Source of the DNA: Octopus bimaculoides
Lineage: Eukaryota
Reading direction: 5' to 3'
Assembly (NCBI RefSeq): GCF_001194135.2
Contig: NC_068989.1
Coordinates: 29,101,987-29,165,986, forward strand
Length of the DNA: 64,000 nucleotides
The position numbers and the translations under genes were made by a program. The notes under the pieces were generated by a model, which saw nothing but the letters and a program-made list of their open reading frames with translations, did not search any database and had not been told where the DNA came from. This document shows positions 11,499 through 23,862 of the stretch, piece by piece; the first letter of the stretch is position 1, and every line of letters starts with the position of its first letter.

Positions 11499-14400
11499 GG
11501 GCTTTTTTTTTCTCTCAAACCTTCTCATCTTGCTCTGCTATTTAACACCATCATATCACATATGAAATGTCCAGCTGCTAAGCAAAGAAACTTTAATGTA
11601 TTACTAACGAGCTAACATTCTTGAGTTAAAATAACTTCGCAACCTGTAATACATTACTTTCTCCAATAACTTCTAGAATCATACCCCTTTAATTACTTGA
11701 CATAATTCTCAGGTGTTTCTATCGTTCTTTGCTTCACTATTGCCCTTTGCTGCTATTTCAATTTTCTTGTGGCAAAGCTAGCCATTTCTTCCATTTCACT
11801 ATTGCTCTTTGCTGCTATTTCAATTTTCTTGTGGAGAAACCAGCCACTTATTTGACCACTTCTGGCTGTAGATTATATAAACAACGCCTTCGCACATGGT
11901 TTATCTCAAACCTTCTCATTTCGCTCTGCTATTTGACACCATCATATCATGATGCGGAATGTCCAGCCACTAAGCTAAGAAACTTCTCTAGTTTTTAATC
12001 GTTCATCATTTTTTTCATTCATTTAATATATATTACTAACATGCTAACGTTCTTGAGTTAAGATAAATTTGTAACCTGTAATTCGTTACTTTCTCTATAT
12101 ATAGGACTAACCCAAACTATATATATATATAGGACTAATACCAGCCCATTTACTTACTTAATTTAACATTGGCATATTTATAGCTATATTTGCAGCTGCA
12201 GTAATGCTTATATTTACAATACTTAACTTACTCTCACCCCCAGTAGAAGCAACAATTTCCACATGGTTGAATGATGATAGCTTAAAAGTGAGAACAACTG
12301 TCATGACATGTCTGTTATCAAACGATCACAGAAACCTTCTTTTCAGATGCTCTCCTTCCCCATGTTCCCTCCCACATCCCTTTCTTAGTTTTCAAAGTTG
12401 GCACTGTAAATGTAGGCACATTGAAATGTATGTCTAACGAAATTGTAGAGATGCTTGAATGGAGGTGTGTTGATGTATGTTGCATTCAAGAGGTAAGGTG
12501 GAGAGGAGCTTCAGCCAAGTTCCTCATAGGCAAGTCACATAGGTATAAAATCTTCTGGGAAGGTAACAGTGATGAAGCAGGTAGTGTGGGCATACTTTTT
12601 GCAGAGAAATAGAGGGAAAAGTCATAGAGGTAGTCAGAGTGTGCGATAAAGTACTTAAGCTCAGGCTAGTCTTGCAGAATAGTATAGCTACAATTATATC
12701 TGCCTATGCCCCACCAGCATGCCTACCAAATGAACAGAAGAACCACTCTTATGATATTCTTCTTCAGGCTATCTCAAAGATGAGTGACAATGATCTCATC
12801 TTCGTGGCTGGGGATTTCAATGGGCATGTCAGACGGCAGCCTGGCATAACCCATGGTGTTCATCAAGGCTATGGAATTGGTTCAAAAAATGAAGAGGGAA
12901 CAAGGCTACTGGAGTTCTGTGATTCAAATAACCTTTTGATCTGCAACACCAACTTCAGGAAGCCAGCCAGCCACCTGATAATCTATCAATTAGGTGACTT
13001 TGTTAGCCAGATCGATTACATTCTCACCAAACAATAGGATGCATGGTTGCTCTTAAATACAAAGACCCTCTCCGGTGAAGAATGTATCCCCCAGCATAGA
13101 CTAGTCATTAGCAGGAGGATGCCAAGAAGCAGACCAATCTAGAAAAGAATGATTTGGAAGCTTAAGGACCCTTCATAAGGTCAGAGATTTAGGGACATCC
13201 TAACTGAGAAATTTGATGAGAGGGAGGAGGAGCTACAAACTTGTGACATAGACAGCTTGCTGAGTGCCACAGACCAAATCTGTGGCTGGTGCAAAGTCCC
13301 TTCCAGACTTAGGGAAATGTAGTGGTCGAACAATACTGTGGACAGGGTCATTATGGCAAAGAAACAGGCCTGGAAGAGTGAGGGCAGCAAGGAACTGTAT
13401 CAGATAGCCAGAAGGGAAGCTAGGAGACAGCTATATCCAGCCAAAAGAGAAGCAGAAAAGCAGTTTACCTATGTTCAGCACCGCGAGGACCAAAGAACTG
13501 AAGTATTTTGGATTAGAAGACAGTGTGTGAGAGAAAATTCTGATATCATAGGAGAGAAATGTGTCTGCATGGATGATGCTGCACTTGCTTTTAATGAGTC
13601 TGCAAAGAAATAGGCTTGGAGATGCCATTATGAAAGACTGCTGAACATGGAGAATGAATAGAAGGATGAGAGTTTGCCAAATGTTGACCCAATTGAAGGA
13701 CTAGCTACCCAAATCAACAGTACCCTGGTAGATAAAACAATTAAGGATATGAAGGCAGGGAAAGCCCCTGGCCCAACAGGAATCACTGATGAGATGCTTA
13801 AAATATCTGGTGGTGTGGGTTATGGTCTTGTCACCCATATTGTAAATCAGGTGATTCATGGAGGAGTCATACCCAATGACTGGTGTAGTAGCACCATAGT
13901 CAACTGCTACAAAGGTAAAGGTGATGCCTTTGATAGAAATAATTACAGAGGTATCAAATTATTGGATCAGGTGATGAAAGTTGTGGAGAGTCATGGCTCA
14001 GCTAATTAGGGAGAGAATTAGTCGAGATGAGATGCAGTTTCATTTTGTGCCCAGTAGAAGCACCACAGAGGCTATATTTCTGGTAAGACAACTGCAGGAG
14101 AAATACCTAGCCAAAGATAAACCTCTGTACCTGGCTTTCGTTGACATGGAGAAAACCTTTGACAGGGTCCCCTGCTCCCTTATCTAATGGTCAATGCGGA
14201 AACTAGGGATAGATGAATGGTTTATGAGAGCCATACAAGTTTTGTACAGTGATGCTACCAGTAAGGTGAGGGTGGGCAACAAGTACAGTGAAGAATTCAG
14301 GGTACAAGTAGGAGTTCATCAAGCTCAGCTTCCTCTTGTTTATCATAGTCCTCCAGGCAATAACAGAGGAATTCAAAATGGCTGCTCCTGGGAGCTCCTC

Positions 14401-14995
14401 TATGCTGATGACCTTGCTCTTATAGCTGAATCACTACCTGAACTAGAGAAGTTCCAGGTATGGAAGCAAAGTCTAGAATCTAAGGGCCTTAGAGTTAACT
14501 AGGCAAAAACCAGTCATAGTAAATAGGAAGGCAGACAAATCACAAATTCTTTCAGGTAGATAGCCTTGCTCAATCTGTAGAAAAGGTGTAGGCAGAAACA
14601 CCACAAGTGCACCCAGTGTAAGCTTTGGACACAAAAGGTGCAGCAACATCAGAGGAAGGTTAACAGGGAAACTAACTTTTATATGTGGGAAGTGCTCAGG
14701 TACAATAAATGCTGAAAATGTGCAGAAAATAGACTCCATCAACTGCCAGGGGGGCAAGCTAGAGGTAGTAGATAGCTTCCATCATCTAGGTGACCAAGTT
14801 AGTTGTGGCGATGGATGCTCCAAGAGTGTAGCTGTGACAATAAGATTAGGCTGGGCCAAGTTCAAAGAGCTCCTAACCCTGCTGGCAACAAAGGGCATCT
14901 CTCTCAGAGTGGAAGGCAGATTGTTTGATGCCTGTGTGCGAACAGCTATGCTGCATGGCAGTGAAATATGGGCTATGACAGCTGAGGACATGCAT

Positions 14996-15377
14996 TGTTG
15001 TTGTTGGCACTCCGTCGCTTATGACATCGAGGGTTCCAGTTGATCCGTTCAACGGAACAACCTGATTGTGAAATTAACGTGCAAGTGGTTGAGCACTCCA
15101 CAGACACGTGTACCCTTAACGTAGTTCTCGGGGATATTCAGCATGACACAGTGCGACAAGGCTGATCCTTTGAATTACAGGCACAACAGAAACAGGAAGT
15201 AAGAGTGAGAGAAAGTTGTGGTGAAAGAGTACAGCAGAGTTCGCCACCATCCCCTGCCGGAGCCTTGTGGAGCTTTAGGTGTTTTCACTCAATAAACACT
15301 CACAACGCTCGGTCTGGAAATCGAAACCGCGATCCTATGACCGCGAGTCCGCTGCCCTAACCACTGAGCCTCCAGAA
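14996..15377 (-). mobile_element. Young tRNA-derived SINE inserted in the RTE, with 13-bp TSD
   Basis: Minus-strand head ggctcagtggttagggcagcggactcgcggtcataggatcgcggtttcgatt (A/B boxes), (CAA)n tail. TSD tgaggacatgcat at 14983-14995 and 15378-15390; the RTE frame resumes after it. Confidence 0.9.
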
Positions 15378-15773
15378 TGAGGACATGCATAGGCTTGAAA
15401 GAAATGAAGCCAGAATGCTTCATTGGATGTGCAATGTCAGTGTGCATGATTGACAAAGTGTAAGCATCTTGAGAGAAAAGTTAGGCATTAGAGGAATCAG
15501 ATGTGGTGTGCAAGAGAAACGACTGTACTGGTATGGTCATGTGATGCATATGGATGTGGACAGCTGTGCAAAGAAGTGCCAATCTCTAACTGTGGAGGGA
15601 ACCTGTGGTAGAGGTAGACTCAGGAAGACATGGGACAAGGTGGTGAGGCATGATCTTTGAACTTTGAGCCTCACAGAGGCAATAACTTGTGACTGAGACC
15701 TTTGGTGATGTGCTGTGCTTGAGAGGACCAAGTGCACCTGTGCTAGTGACATGTAAAGAACGTCTTTTAAATG

Positions 15774-15940
15774 TTGGGTCTCACAGAGGCAAAGTGGCTG
15801 AGTTCCTTTCAAGTGCTGGGTCTGACGGAGGCAAAGTGGCTGAGCTCCTTTTGAGCGTTGGGCTCTACGGAGGCAAAGTAGCTGAGTTCCTTTCATGTGG
15901 TGGGTATCACAGAGAAAAGTGGCTGAGTTTGTTTCGAGTG
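15774..15940 (+). repeat. Four 42-bp tandem units in the RTE 3' region
   Basis: Units start at 15774, 15816, 15858 and 15900 (ttgggc.tcacggaggcaaagtggctgagttcctttcgagtg-like). Confidence 0.9.
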
Positions 15941-17082
15941 TTGGGCCTCATGGAGGCAATGACCAAAACGTTTGGCATTATGTTGTGCTTGAGAAAAAGA
16001 CCCATCAAGCCAACCAAAATCGCAGTTGTGGCAGATACCAGTGTCACACAAATTGACACATAAATGCACCCCAGTGTTGTGCTGGCAGCATGTAAATGTA
16101 CCCATTACACTCCAAGAGTGTTTGGCATAAGGAAGGACATTCAGCCATTGAATACCATGCCAAATTGGACTGGAATGTGGTGCGGCCTTCCAGTGTGCCA
16201 ACCCAAACCGTCCAACCCATGCCAGCATAGACAACAGACGTTAAATGATGATGATGATGTCTAAGAAATCCACTTCCAAGGCTTTTTAAGACAGTAGGGA
16301 GTAATTTAATGGTTGTTTGGCTGCTATTCTATGAAATCAGTCAGATCAAGTGACAATAAGGAGCCTACTTCATTTAAATTCTCTGAACTACTGCATTTAT
16401 GTTTAAGGGGTAAGATATTATTTTTGAAGAATGACTCAGCGTCACACTTGCTGCTTTTGTCAGTCCTTCATCCCCAGAACATTAACACACTGGTATCCTT
16501 TCTATCCTCATGTCTTCCCCACAAGTTCTGACCTCAACAGTTTAAATGAAACATTAGTGGCATGAAGTTCACTAATCTTAGAAAACTTGCATGGCCTGCA
16601 AAGGTCAGGGGCAATAGCAATTCTTCCAGACTAGGCAACAACAAAAAAATTATTTTAAAGAAAAACTTTTAACACAGAATACAAATGATTCTGGTAGCAA
16701 TGAATAAATAAACGAAAGTTTCCATTTTTTTAAAATGTCATAACAAAAAAGAAAAAAAAACTGTGCTTATTTTGTACAGTTTAGTGGTGTCCTGGCAAGA
16801 CCACAGTTAAGTGGATGGATGTTATAACTAAAACAAACACTGAAGAGTTGATAGACACACTACTACACATTGTATTTATTTAGGGTGATTAAAGTTTTCA
16901 AAACTAAAATTTTACAACATGATGGACTTCTTCCAGTCTACCTCCCAAATCCACTCTTAAGGATTTGGTCAGCCCAGTGCTATTATTGTAGAAGACACTT
17001 GCTTAAAGTTCAAACATTGGGACTGAGCTGAAAACTATGTGGCTTGTGAAGCGAATTTCTGAACTGCACAATCATGTTTGAG

Positions 17083-17131
<49 letters not shown>

Positions 17132-17582
17132 ACGCATGTGTGCATGCAGATGCACATGATGTGTTTCATTAAATAAGATTGAACTATTATTTTACTGTTA
17201 CAAACCATTAACTACAAAAATAAAATTCAGGTTTTTCCAGACATAAACCTGATAGAAGAATCTAATTATACCAGATTGACAATGGGAAATTGAAATAATA
17301 CTCTACAAGTTGATTAATGAAGATATTGTGTGCAACATTCACGCACTATGTTGCAAGCTAATTATGAGTTGAGAAGATATTTTAGTTAAATATGAAAATT
17401 TATAGTCTTTACGAAACACCTTGTTGAGAAGACTAAGGGATGTGTTTTCTGTTACTAACTCATAAGTAAAAGAAATGGTAAAAAAGACACACAAATACAA
17501 AACATTCATTTTCAGAAGAGCTATTAAATTAGTGAAGATAGAGTTTCTTTATGAAAACATTTTCTCTCTCTCTCGCTCTCTC

Positions 17583-17617
<35 letters not shown>

Positions 17618-18254
17618 AAACCATGCTAAAACAGATACTGGAACACGATGCGGTCAAATTATCCAACCCATGCCAGCATTGGTTAGGTAAGTACATATGA
17701 CTAAGGCATTTTTTTTTACAGCCTGATGACCTTCCTGTTACTAATTTGTGTCTTTTTGAGTAAAGGAATTTTCATTTCAGTCATTTTTGAAAGCACAAAG
17801 CTGCTAGACAATTTATTGAAAGATCAATGTCAACAATGTCATGATCTGAACTTCAGCAATTTTCGAGAGAAGTGCACAAAGTAAACATAAAGATGACATG
17901 TGTACAAACACACTTACAAGAGAATGCGTTATATAATTTCCATCTATCATATGCATTCAGTAAGCATTGATTGATTATAGCAGAAGATAATTGCCCAAAA
18001 TGTGGAAAAAGATTAAACCAGAAGCCATGTGAATGTGAGGTGAACTTTTTAACCATGTGGCCACAGCTGCACACCAGGGTCAAAGCTACACACACCTACA
18101 TACATACACACTCACATATATAAACATAACCTGATAAATGGGTTATCTAGTACTGCTACAGTTGTTTCAGTAAAAGTCTTTATCATGATGTAAACAATCA
18201 AGTATAGCAGCATGCACAACATCCCAAGAAAATTAAACTCACATTGTCACTTAT

Positions 18255-18911
18255 NNNNNNNNNNNNNNNNNNNNNNNNNNNNNNNNNNNNNNNNNNNNNN
18301 NNNNNNNNNNNNNNNNNNNNNNNNNNNNNNNNNNNNNNNNNNNNNNNNNNNNNNNNNNNNNNNNNNNNNNNNNNNNNNNNNNNNNNNNNNNNNNNNNNNN
18401 NNNNNNNNNNNNNNNNNNNNNNNNNNNNNNNNNNNNNNNNNNNNNNNNNNNNNNNNNNNNNNNNNNNNNNNNNNNNNNNNNNNNNNNNNNNNNNNNNNNN
18501 NNNNNNNNNNNNNNNNNNNNNNNNNNNNNNNNNNNNNNNNNNNNNNNNNNNNNNNNNNNNNNNNNNNNNNNNNNNNNNNNNNNNNNNNNNNNNNNNNNNN
18601 NNNNNNNNNNNNNNNNNNNNNNNNNNNNNNNNNNNNNNNNNNNNNNNNNNNNNNNNNNNNNNNNNNNNNNNNNNNNNNNNNNNNNNNNNNNNNNNNNNNN
18701 NNNNNNNNNNNNNNNNNNNNNNNNNNNNNNNNNNNNNNNNNNNNNNNNNNNNNNNNNNNNNNNNNNNNNNNNNNNNNNNNNNNNNNNNNNNNNNNNNNNN
18801 NNNNNNNNNNNNNNNNNNNNNNNNNNNNNNNNNNNNNNNNNNNNNNNNNNNNNNNNNNNNNNNNNNNNNNNNNNNNNNNNNNNNNNNNNNNNNNNNNNNN
18901 NNNNNNNNNNN
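18255..18911. other. Assembly gap (others at 44365-44738, 45405-45665, 47041-47255, 48434-48533)
   Basis: N runs, each abutting or lying close to a (TA)n tract. Confidence 1.
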
Positions 18912-18948
<37 letters not shown>

Positions 18949-18954
<6 letters not shown>

Positions 18955-19660
18955 ATGGGCTGAAATTTTCATAGGCTGACTATGAAGGAGTGATGCTAGA
19001 GCTGTGAAATCTTGCATACATCAATTTCAACATTTATTAATAACTTCATTGTTTCTTTCCAGATGAACTGACATCTGGCTGTTCAAAGAAGACTTTAAAC
19101 GTAACTAGTTGCAACTTCTCTTGAAAATTGACAAAATGTGGCATCCTGATGTTATCAAGTACCTGCAGAAAAACAATTTAGCCCCAATGACATTCATACT
19201 GACAACTTTATCAACAGTGCAAAAATGGTACAGCTGAATTTAGTGGGGGTAAGGGAGAGTCTTGGAGATGACCCAACATCTGGATGTCCTGCCACTGCCA
19301 AGCAAAACAGGTGACTGACTATAAATCAAATAGTCAGTACTGTTAGCATATCCTGTGAGATAGTTGAGAATATTCTGCACAATGAATTTGGTATGACAAA
19401 AGTTTCTGCTCAGTGGGTGTCATGTTTTCTGATATCTGATCAAAAGTGTACCAGGCTGATCACACCACAGGAAAATATGACATTGTTTGAGGCAGATCCA
19501 GCTGGTTTCCTTGAATGTTTCCTAACCCAGGATGAGTGCGGAGTTCATCACTTTGAGTCAGAGACAAAGAGACAATCAAACACCCCTCCTCAACTGCTCC
19601 AAAGAAGGCCAAGTTCATTTCATCTGTAGAGAAGGTAAAGACCTCAGTTTTTATCAAATG
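18949..19660 (+). mobile_element. Mariner relic (5' half)
   Basis: TIR after (TA)n; LHNEFGMTKVSAQWVS (WVP motif) and FLTQDECGVHHFESETKRQS (first catalytic D region). Confidence 0.85.
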
Positions 19661-20193
19661 TCACTGATTTTGTCTGAGAATTACATTAAGTAAATACATG
19701 TCTGTGGAATACTCAATCACTTAAATACTAATCCAGGAGCAGGTAATTCAATTAATCAAATACCTAAATCCTCACTGTTGAGCAATGGTGATCTACAAAC
19801 AGGATTTACTATTTAACAAACTATAAAAGTGTCGACATAATTTTTACATTTATCTTTTACTAATACAAGTTGAAGACTGTTTCATTTGATATTATATAAA
19901 ACTGAAGATACTAGTTCAATTGTGAAATAAAAGACTTGTTGGTAGTAAGAAGAAAACATAGTTTAATGAAAATATGGAAGAATGGGGTAAACATTTTTCC
20001 TTGATGTCTCTTAATTGTAATATTTAAAGTTAAACATATTACAAGAGTAATTACCAGCCCAGTCTAAATACTCAATGATGAAGCTTGAGGAAGAATTCCT
20101 TAGGCAAAAAACAAAAGTTTTTTTGGCATACATACATCTGCTGTTTGGAGATTGTTTATTTTGAGATACTTGTGTATCTACATTATCTATCTG

Positions 20194-20275
<82 letters not shown>

Positions 20276-22059
20276 GCACAAGTAGTGAGAGAGTGTGAGT
20301 GAATGTATTTGACTTTTAGGATAAATGTAGAATTCACTTTGTTTAGGATGTACTTGTGATGAAGGGTATAGAAATTAGTAAATTCTGAGTAACATATTCT
20401 GTAGGAAGAGGGGGCACTGAAAACTGGATGTAGTGTCAGAGTGTATTGAACACTCACTCCTCAACAAGTGGTTCACATAGTGAAAAGAGGAGGAGATGTA
20501 TCAGCTTCTATTTTGATCTACAGCAACAATAAACTAACAAACAGCCTTTAAAGTTGGCATTCACCCAATATAAGTATTATAAAACATAACTGAAGATGAA
20601 AGATTTTGCTATAAATAATCAAGGAATGAAGAAGTAGGCAAAATGTATATTACTAAAAAGTGTAAGTTGAATAAAGATATTTTGCTTTTTTGTAATTTCA
20701 AATTACCTTCTTTAATGTTTTATCCATTCCATGAGGACCTAAAATACTAATTAGTAGTTTATCAATTATTAACTTACTAATTATCAACATACTTGCCTAA
20801 TATACTGTTCTGTATTTGTTGCTAACCACAATGACTATCACCATTGTGTTATAAAGTTCACATTTCTTGGATCTGGTTGGATGGATTGGATAGTTCTGTA
20901 ATTCAGTATCAGTACATATATAAATATATTGTGATCTCATCTTTGAGACTCAGTCATCCAAAACATACTTTAATACTTTCTTTTAAAAGTTTTCTTTTAT
21001 CTCAACTCAACATTTATGTTTTTTACAATTCTAACTATAGAGTTAGCTATCACACGCTAAAACACATACACAGTTATTTGTGTCAATGTATATGCACTGA
21101 TAATTGCTGTAGGAAAGTGTATAAACACAATTTCTTTCAAGAGTAATCTTACCCCAATAAAATTTCTTGAATAACTAGTTATATTACAGTAACTATGGTG
21201 CTCTGACTAAACCCTTCCTTACTGTGAATGCCACTAAATCAACAAATTTAAAGAAAAGCCAACTAGCTTGATGCACCAGTGACATTTCTTTTAAATCACA
21301 CCATACCATTTTAAAACAATCTATTCCAAATCATATCATACCATCTGAAATAAGGAAAGGACACATTGGAAAGAGTAGAGTTAGATGCCCCTAAAATGAG
21401 ATTATCACTACAGCTGGAACATCTCTAAGCCAAGGTCTACTGGATCAGGGTTAACCTGACAACAACAATTATTCATAAATAAACTAAACAGTGGTTGTGC
21501 TCCAGCATGTCCAGACTGCAATACTGCACCACATATAATTAACCACTTCATGTTGAAGCATGCAGTGTGGTCTTTAACGAGGTAAAGGAAGGCTGTTATT
21601 TGATACACAAGATCTTCAGATCTCATCTTGTCATTTAGCCAACTATTTATAAACCAAAAGTCAGTTGGATCAAAGCTAGCCTGCAGCTTTACAACAACTG
21701 ACTTCAAAGTCTGTAGACCCCTATCTCCCATGTAGAGCAGTTGGTGCTGAGAATGTCTCCAAATGTAATGAAGACTGATCAACTACTATGTCTATACTAG
21801 ATGTGACCAATGAAGAAAAAAAATCAAAACAAGACAACTGTACCTTAACTGTAATGAAGAAAGAAGTAAAACAGCATTGATAAAATAAACTAATGTCATT
21901 TTATGTTTACAAAGTATTTTCTTAAGAGGGAAGAAGCTGATCAGATTAGGTATGACAACATTGTGAATTAATTGGAGAGACTGTGATGGATTAAGAGAAA
22001 GATGAGTTTGATTAATTGAGGTGGAGGTGAAGAAGAGCAGAGAAAATAATTAGCTGTTT

Positions 22060-23096
22060 CTAAAAGGTGGAATTAAGGTTTAAGGACATTTTCAAAATAG
22101 TTTCTTTGTTTAGATTGCCATTCTAGCAGTCTTTGGAAATAATTCAGATGTTTACATTGAAGATGTGTTTAGTTGTAAAATGTCTTTTCAACTTTGCTAG
22201 GCAACATGCCTTCGTTAGACATCTTTTCACCATGAACAACACAGCGGAAGAGGTTGATCCTCATTGCCAGTCCAATGAAACCCAAACTTTAAATAGCTAT
22301 TGGAATATTTACAATTTGGTCGAGCTTTCACATTATTATCACTACGCATAGTTGCTTTTAACGAACATTAACTTTCAGATTTTCACATTCATAATCATCA
22401 CAGTCATGTTTCCTCTTTTGAAACTTTTCCATTTTATGGGTAATTTAGTTTGTTAATATGAATTGTATTGCACAAAGAGCACAGATTACTAATAGAGTCA
22501 AACTGGGACAACTGACCAGTGAGCTGTGAAAAGTGGCAGTGTGTCACATATTATTGGACTCTTTTGAGAAGTCTCTCAAAATTAATTGAAAAGATGAAAA
22601 TTCTTGCCACTATATGAATGAAAAAATATTGACATACAGCCACAATACATGAGGACGTATTAAAAGATTTAGTTCAACATCATATATTTTAGTTCAATAG
22701 TTTATTTTTCACACTTATTGAAACGAAAACTGCAGAGGCTATGGCCAAAATAAACTGAAATATAGACATGCACTGAATATGTCCATAAGATGTCAATTTT
22801 GAGGATAGATTGATGCTAATTTAGTTCTTATCCTTATGAAATATCAGATTCAAAATTGAATAACATTGTCATACCATAATTAGCCTAAATGAATTGAATG
22901 CCACAACCACCTCTCGTTCTTAGTTTAGAACTTAATATTTAATTTTTTGTCACTTAGACATTTATATATGAACTTTCTAGTGAATTTTGATTTGTATTTT
23001 TCATATTTTGAAATATAATCTTACTTTTTCAAGGCGCACCTAATTACATCTTGTGGTGTACCAGTGTGCTGCGGTGCACAATTTAGGAACCACTTG
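22060..23096 (-). mobile_element. hAT Buster/Charlie (ZBED5/8-like) transposon 5' relic
   Basis: Frameshifted KYSNSYLKFGFHWTGNEDQPLPLC / GEKMSNEGMLPSK / LKRHFTTKH at ~22150-22330; terminus caagtggttcctaaattgtgc at ~23096. Confidence 0.75.
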
Positions 23097-23359
23097 TCTA
23101 TATGTTTCACATATATGAAACACTTTAACATTTCTATTTATTTCTAATGAACTTGCATATCCATATACAGCTGCAGATGAACTGTTTGCTTTAACAGACA
23201 ATTGTATTTTATTTCTTATTTTCAATCAAAATCATTAAATATGTTTAAATATGTGAAATTAAGAAACCAAAGTTGACAGTAATTTGGTAGATTTATTATT
23301 ATTTCTAACATTTTCTTTTTACTCCTGAACATTTAAGTCATCAGTGCATTTTCATTGAC

Positions 23360-23419
23360 CGGCGGTACATGTTCTAAAATGGGAACGATACAGAGTATCG
23401 TGAAGCGTTCCATATTTTT
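23360..23419 (+). pseudogene. U6: Internally deleted U6 snRNA pseudogene
   Basis: 23360-23395 matches the canonical metazoan U6 5' part through the ACAGAG box at 31/36. 23398-23419 tcgtgaagcgttccatattttt is an exact U6 3' end. About 39 nt of central U6 are missing. Confidence 0.88.
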
Positions 23420-23862
23420 GCACCCATGCCAATGTCGTCTCCTTCATTGGACAAGAAACTCGGCTTGCAAAGACCTGTTGGGGCAAGCAAAAGCGAAATT
23501 GTGATGGCACCTGTGCCCAGCGTCGCCTTACTGGCACTTGTGCCGCTGGCACATGTAAAGACATTCGAGCGAGATCGTTGCCAGTGCCGCTGGACTGGCT
23601 CCTGTGCAGGCGGCATGTAAAATACACCATTTTGAGCATGGCCGTTGCCAGTACCGCCAGACTGGCCTTCGTGCCGGTGGCACGTAAAAGCACCCACTAC
23701 ACTCTCAGAGTGGTTGGCGTTAGGAAGGGCATCCAGCTGTAAAAACTCTGCCAAATCAGATTGGAGCCTGGTGTAGCCATCTGGTTCACCAGTCCTCAGT
23801 CAAATCGTCCAACCCATGCTAGCATGGAAAGCAGACGTTAAACGTTGATGATGATGATGATG
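23420..23862 (+). mobile_element. RTE-type 3' tail repeat (truncated LINE or RTE-mobilised SINE body) fused to the U6 fragment
   Basis: Shares gtggttggcgttaggaagggcatccagctgt...aacccatgctagcatggaaagc..acgttaaac(GAT)n with five other copies here, and a similar terminus with the long RTE ending near 16260. Confidence 0.85.

Larger units (their letters stand above)
12330..16260 (+). mobile_element. Near full-length decayed RTE-clade LINE (AP endonuclease + reverse transcriptase)
   Basis: Fragments VDVCCIQEVRW, AGDFNGHV, QIDYILT, GKAPGPTGI, NYRGIKLL, LAFVDMEKTFDRVP, LLYADDL, WYGHVM...GRGRLRKTW; many stops and frameshifts; (GAT)n tail. Confidence 0.95.

Noticed and set aside
15774-15940. CRISPR-like periodic array
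   Set aside because: Whole units are degenerate tandem copies with no unique spacers; the context is a eukaryotic LINE.
18212-19017. Long ORFs of X residues (also 44322-48610)
   Set aside because: They are translations of N gaps and (TA)n tracts.
21480-21560. CPDCNTAPHIINH zinc-knuckle-like peptide
   Set aside because: Possibly a LINE C-terminal relic, but too short to support a call.
23360-23419. Functional U6 gene
   Set aside because: The ISL and U4/U2-pairing core is deleted, the 5' stem-loop is incomplete, and no upstream PSE/TATA was recognised.
23640-23700. Twister- or HDV-like ribozyme in the tail module
   Set aside because: Only superficial words (gccggt, taaaag) match; the required pseudoknots could not be built by eye.
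23352-23754. Overlapping ORFs in the GC-rich tail repeat (also at 43.9 and 46.6 kb)
   Set aside because: They are stop-poor by composition, differ between copies and show no protein motif.
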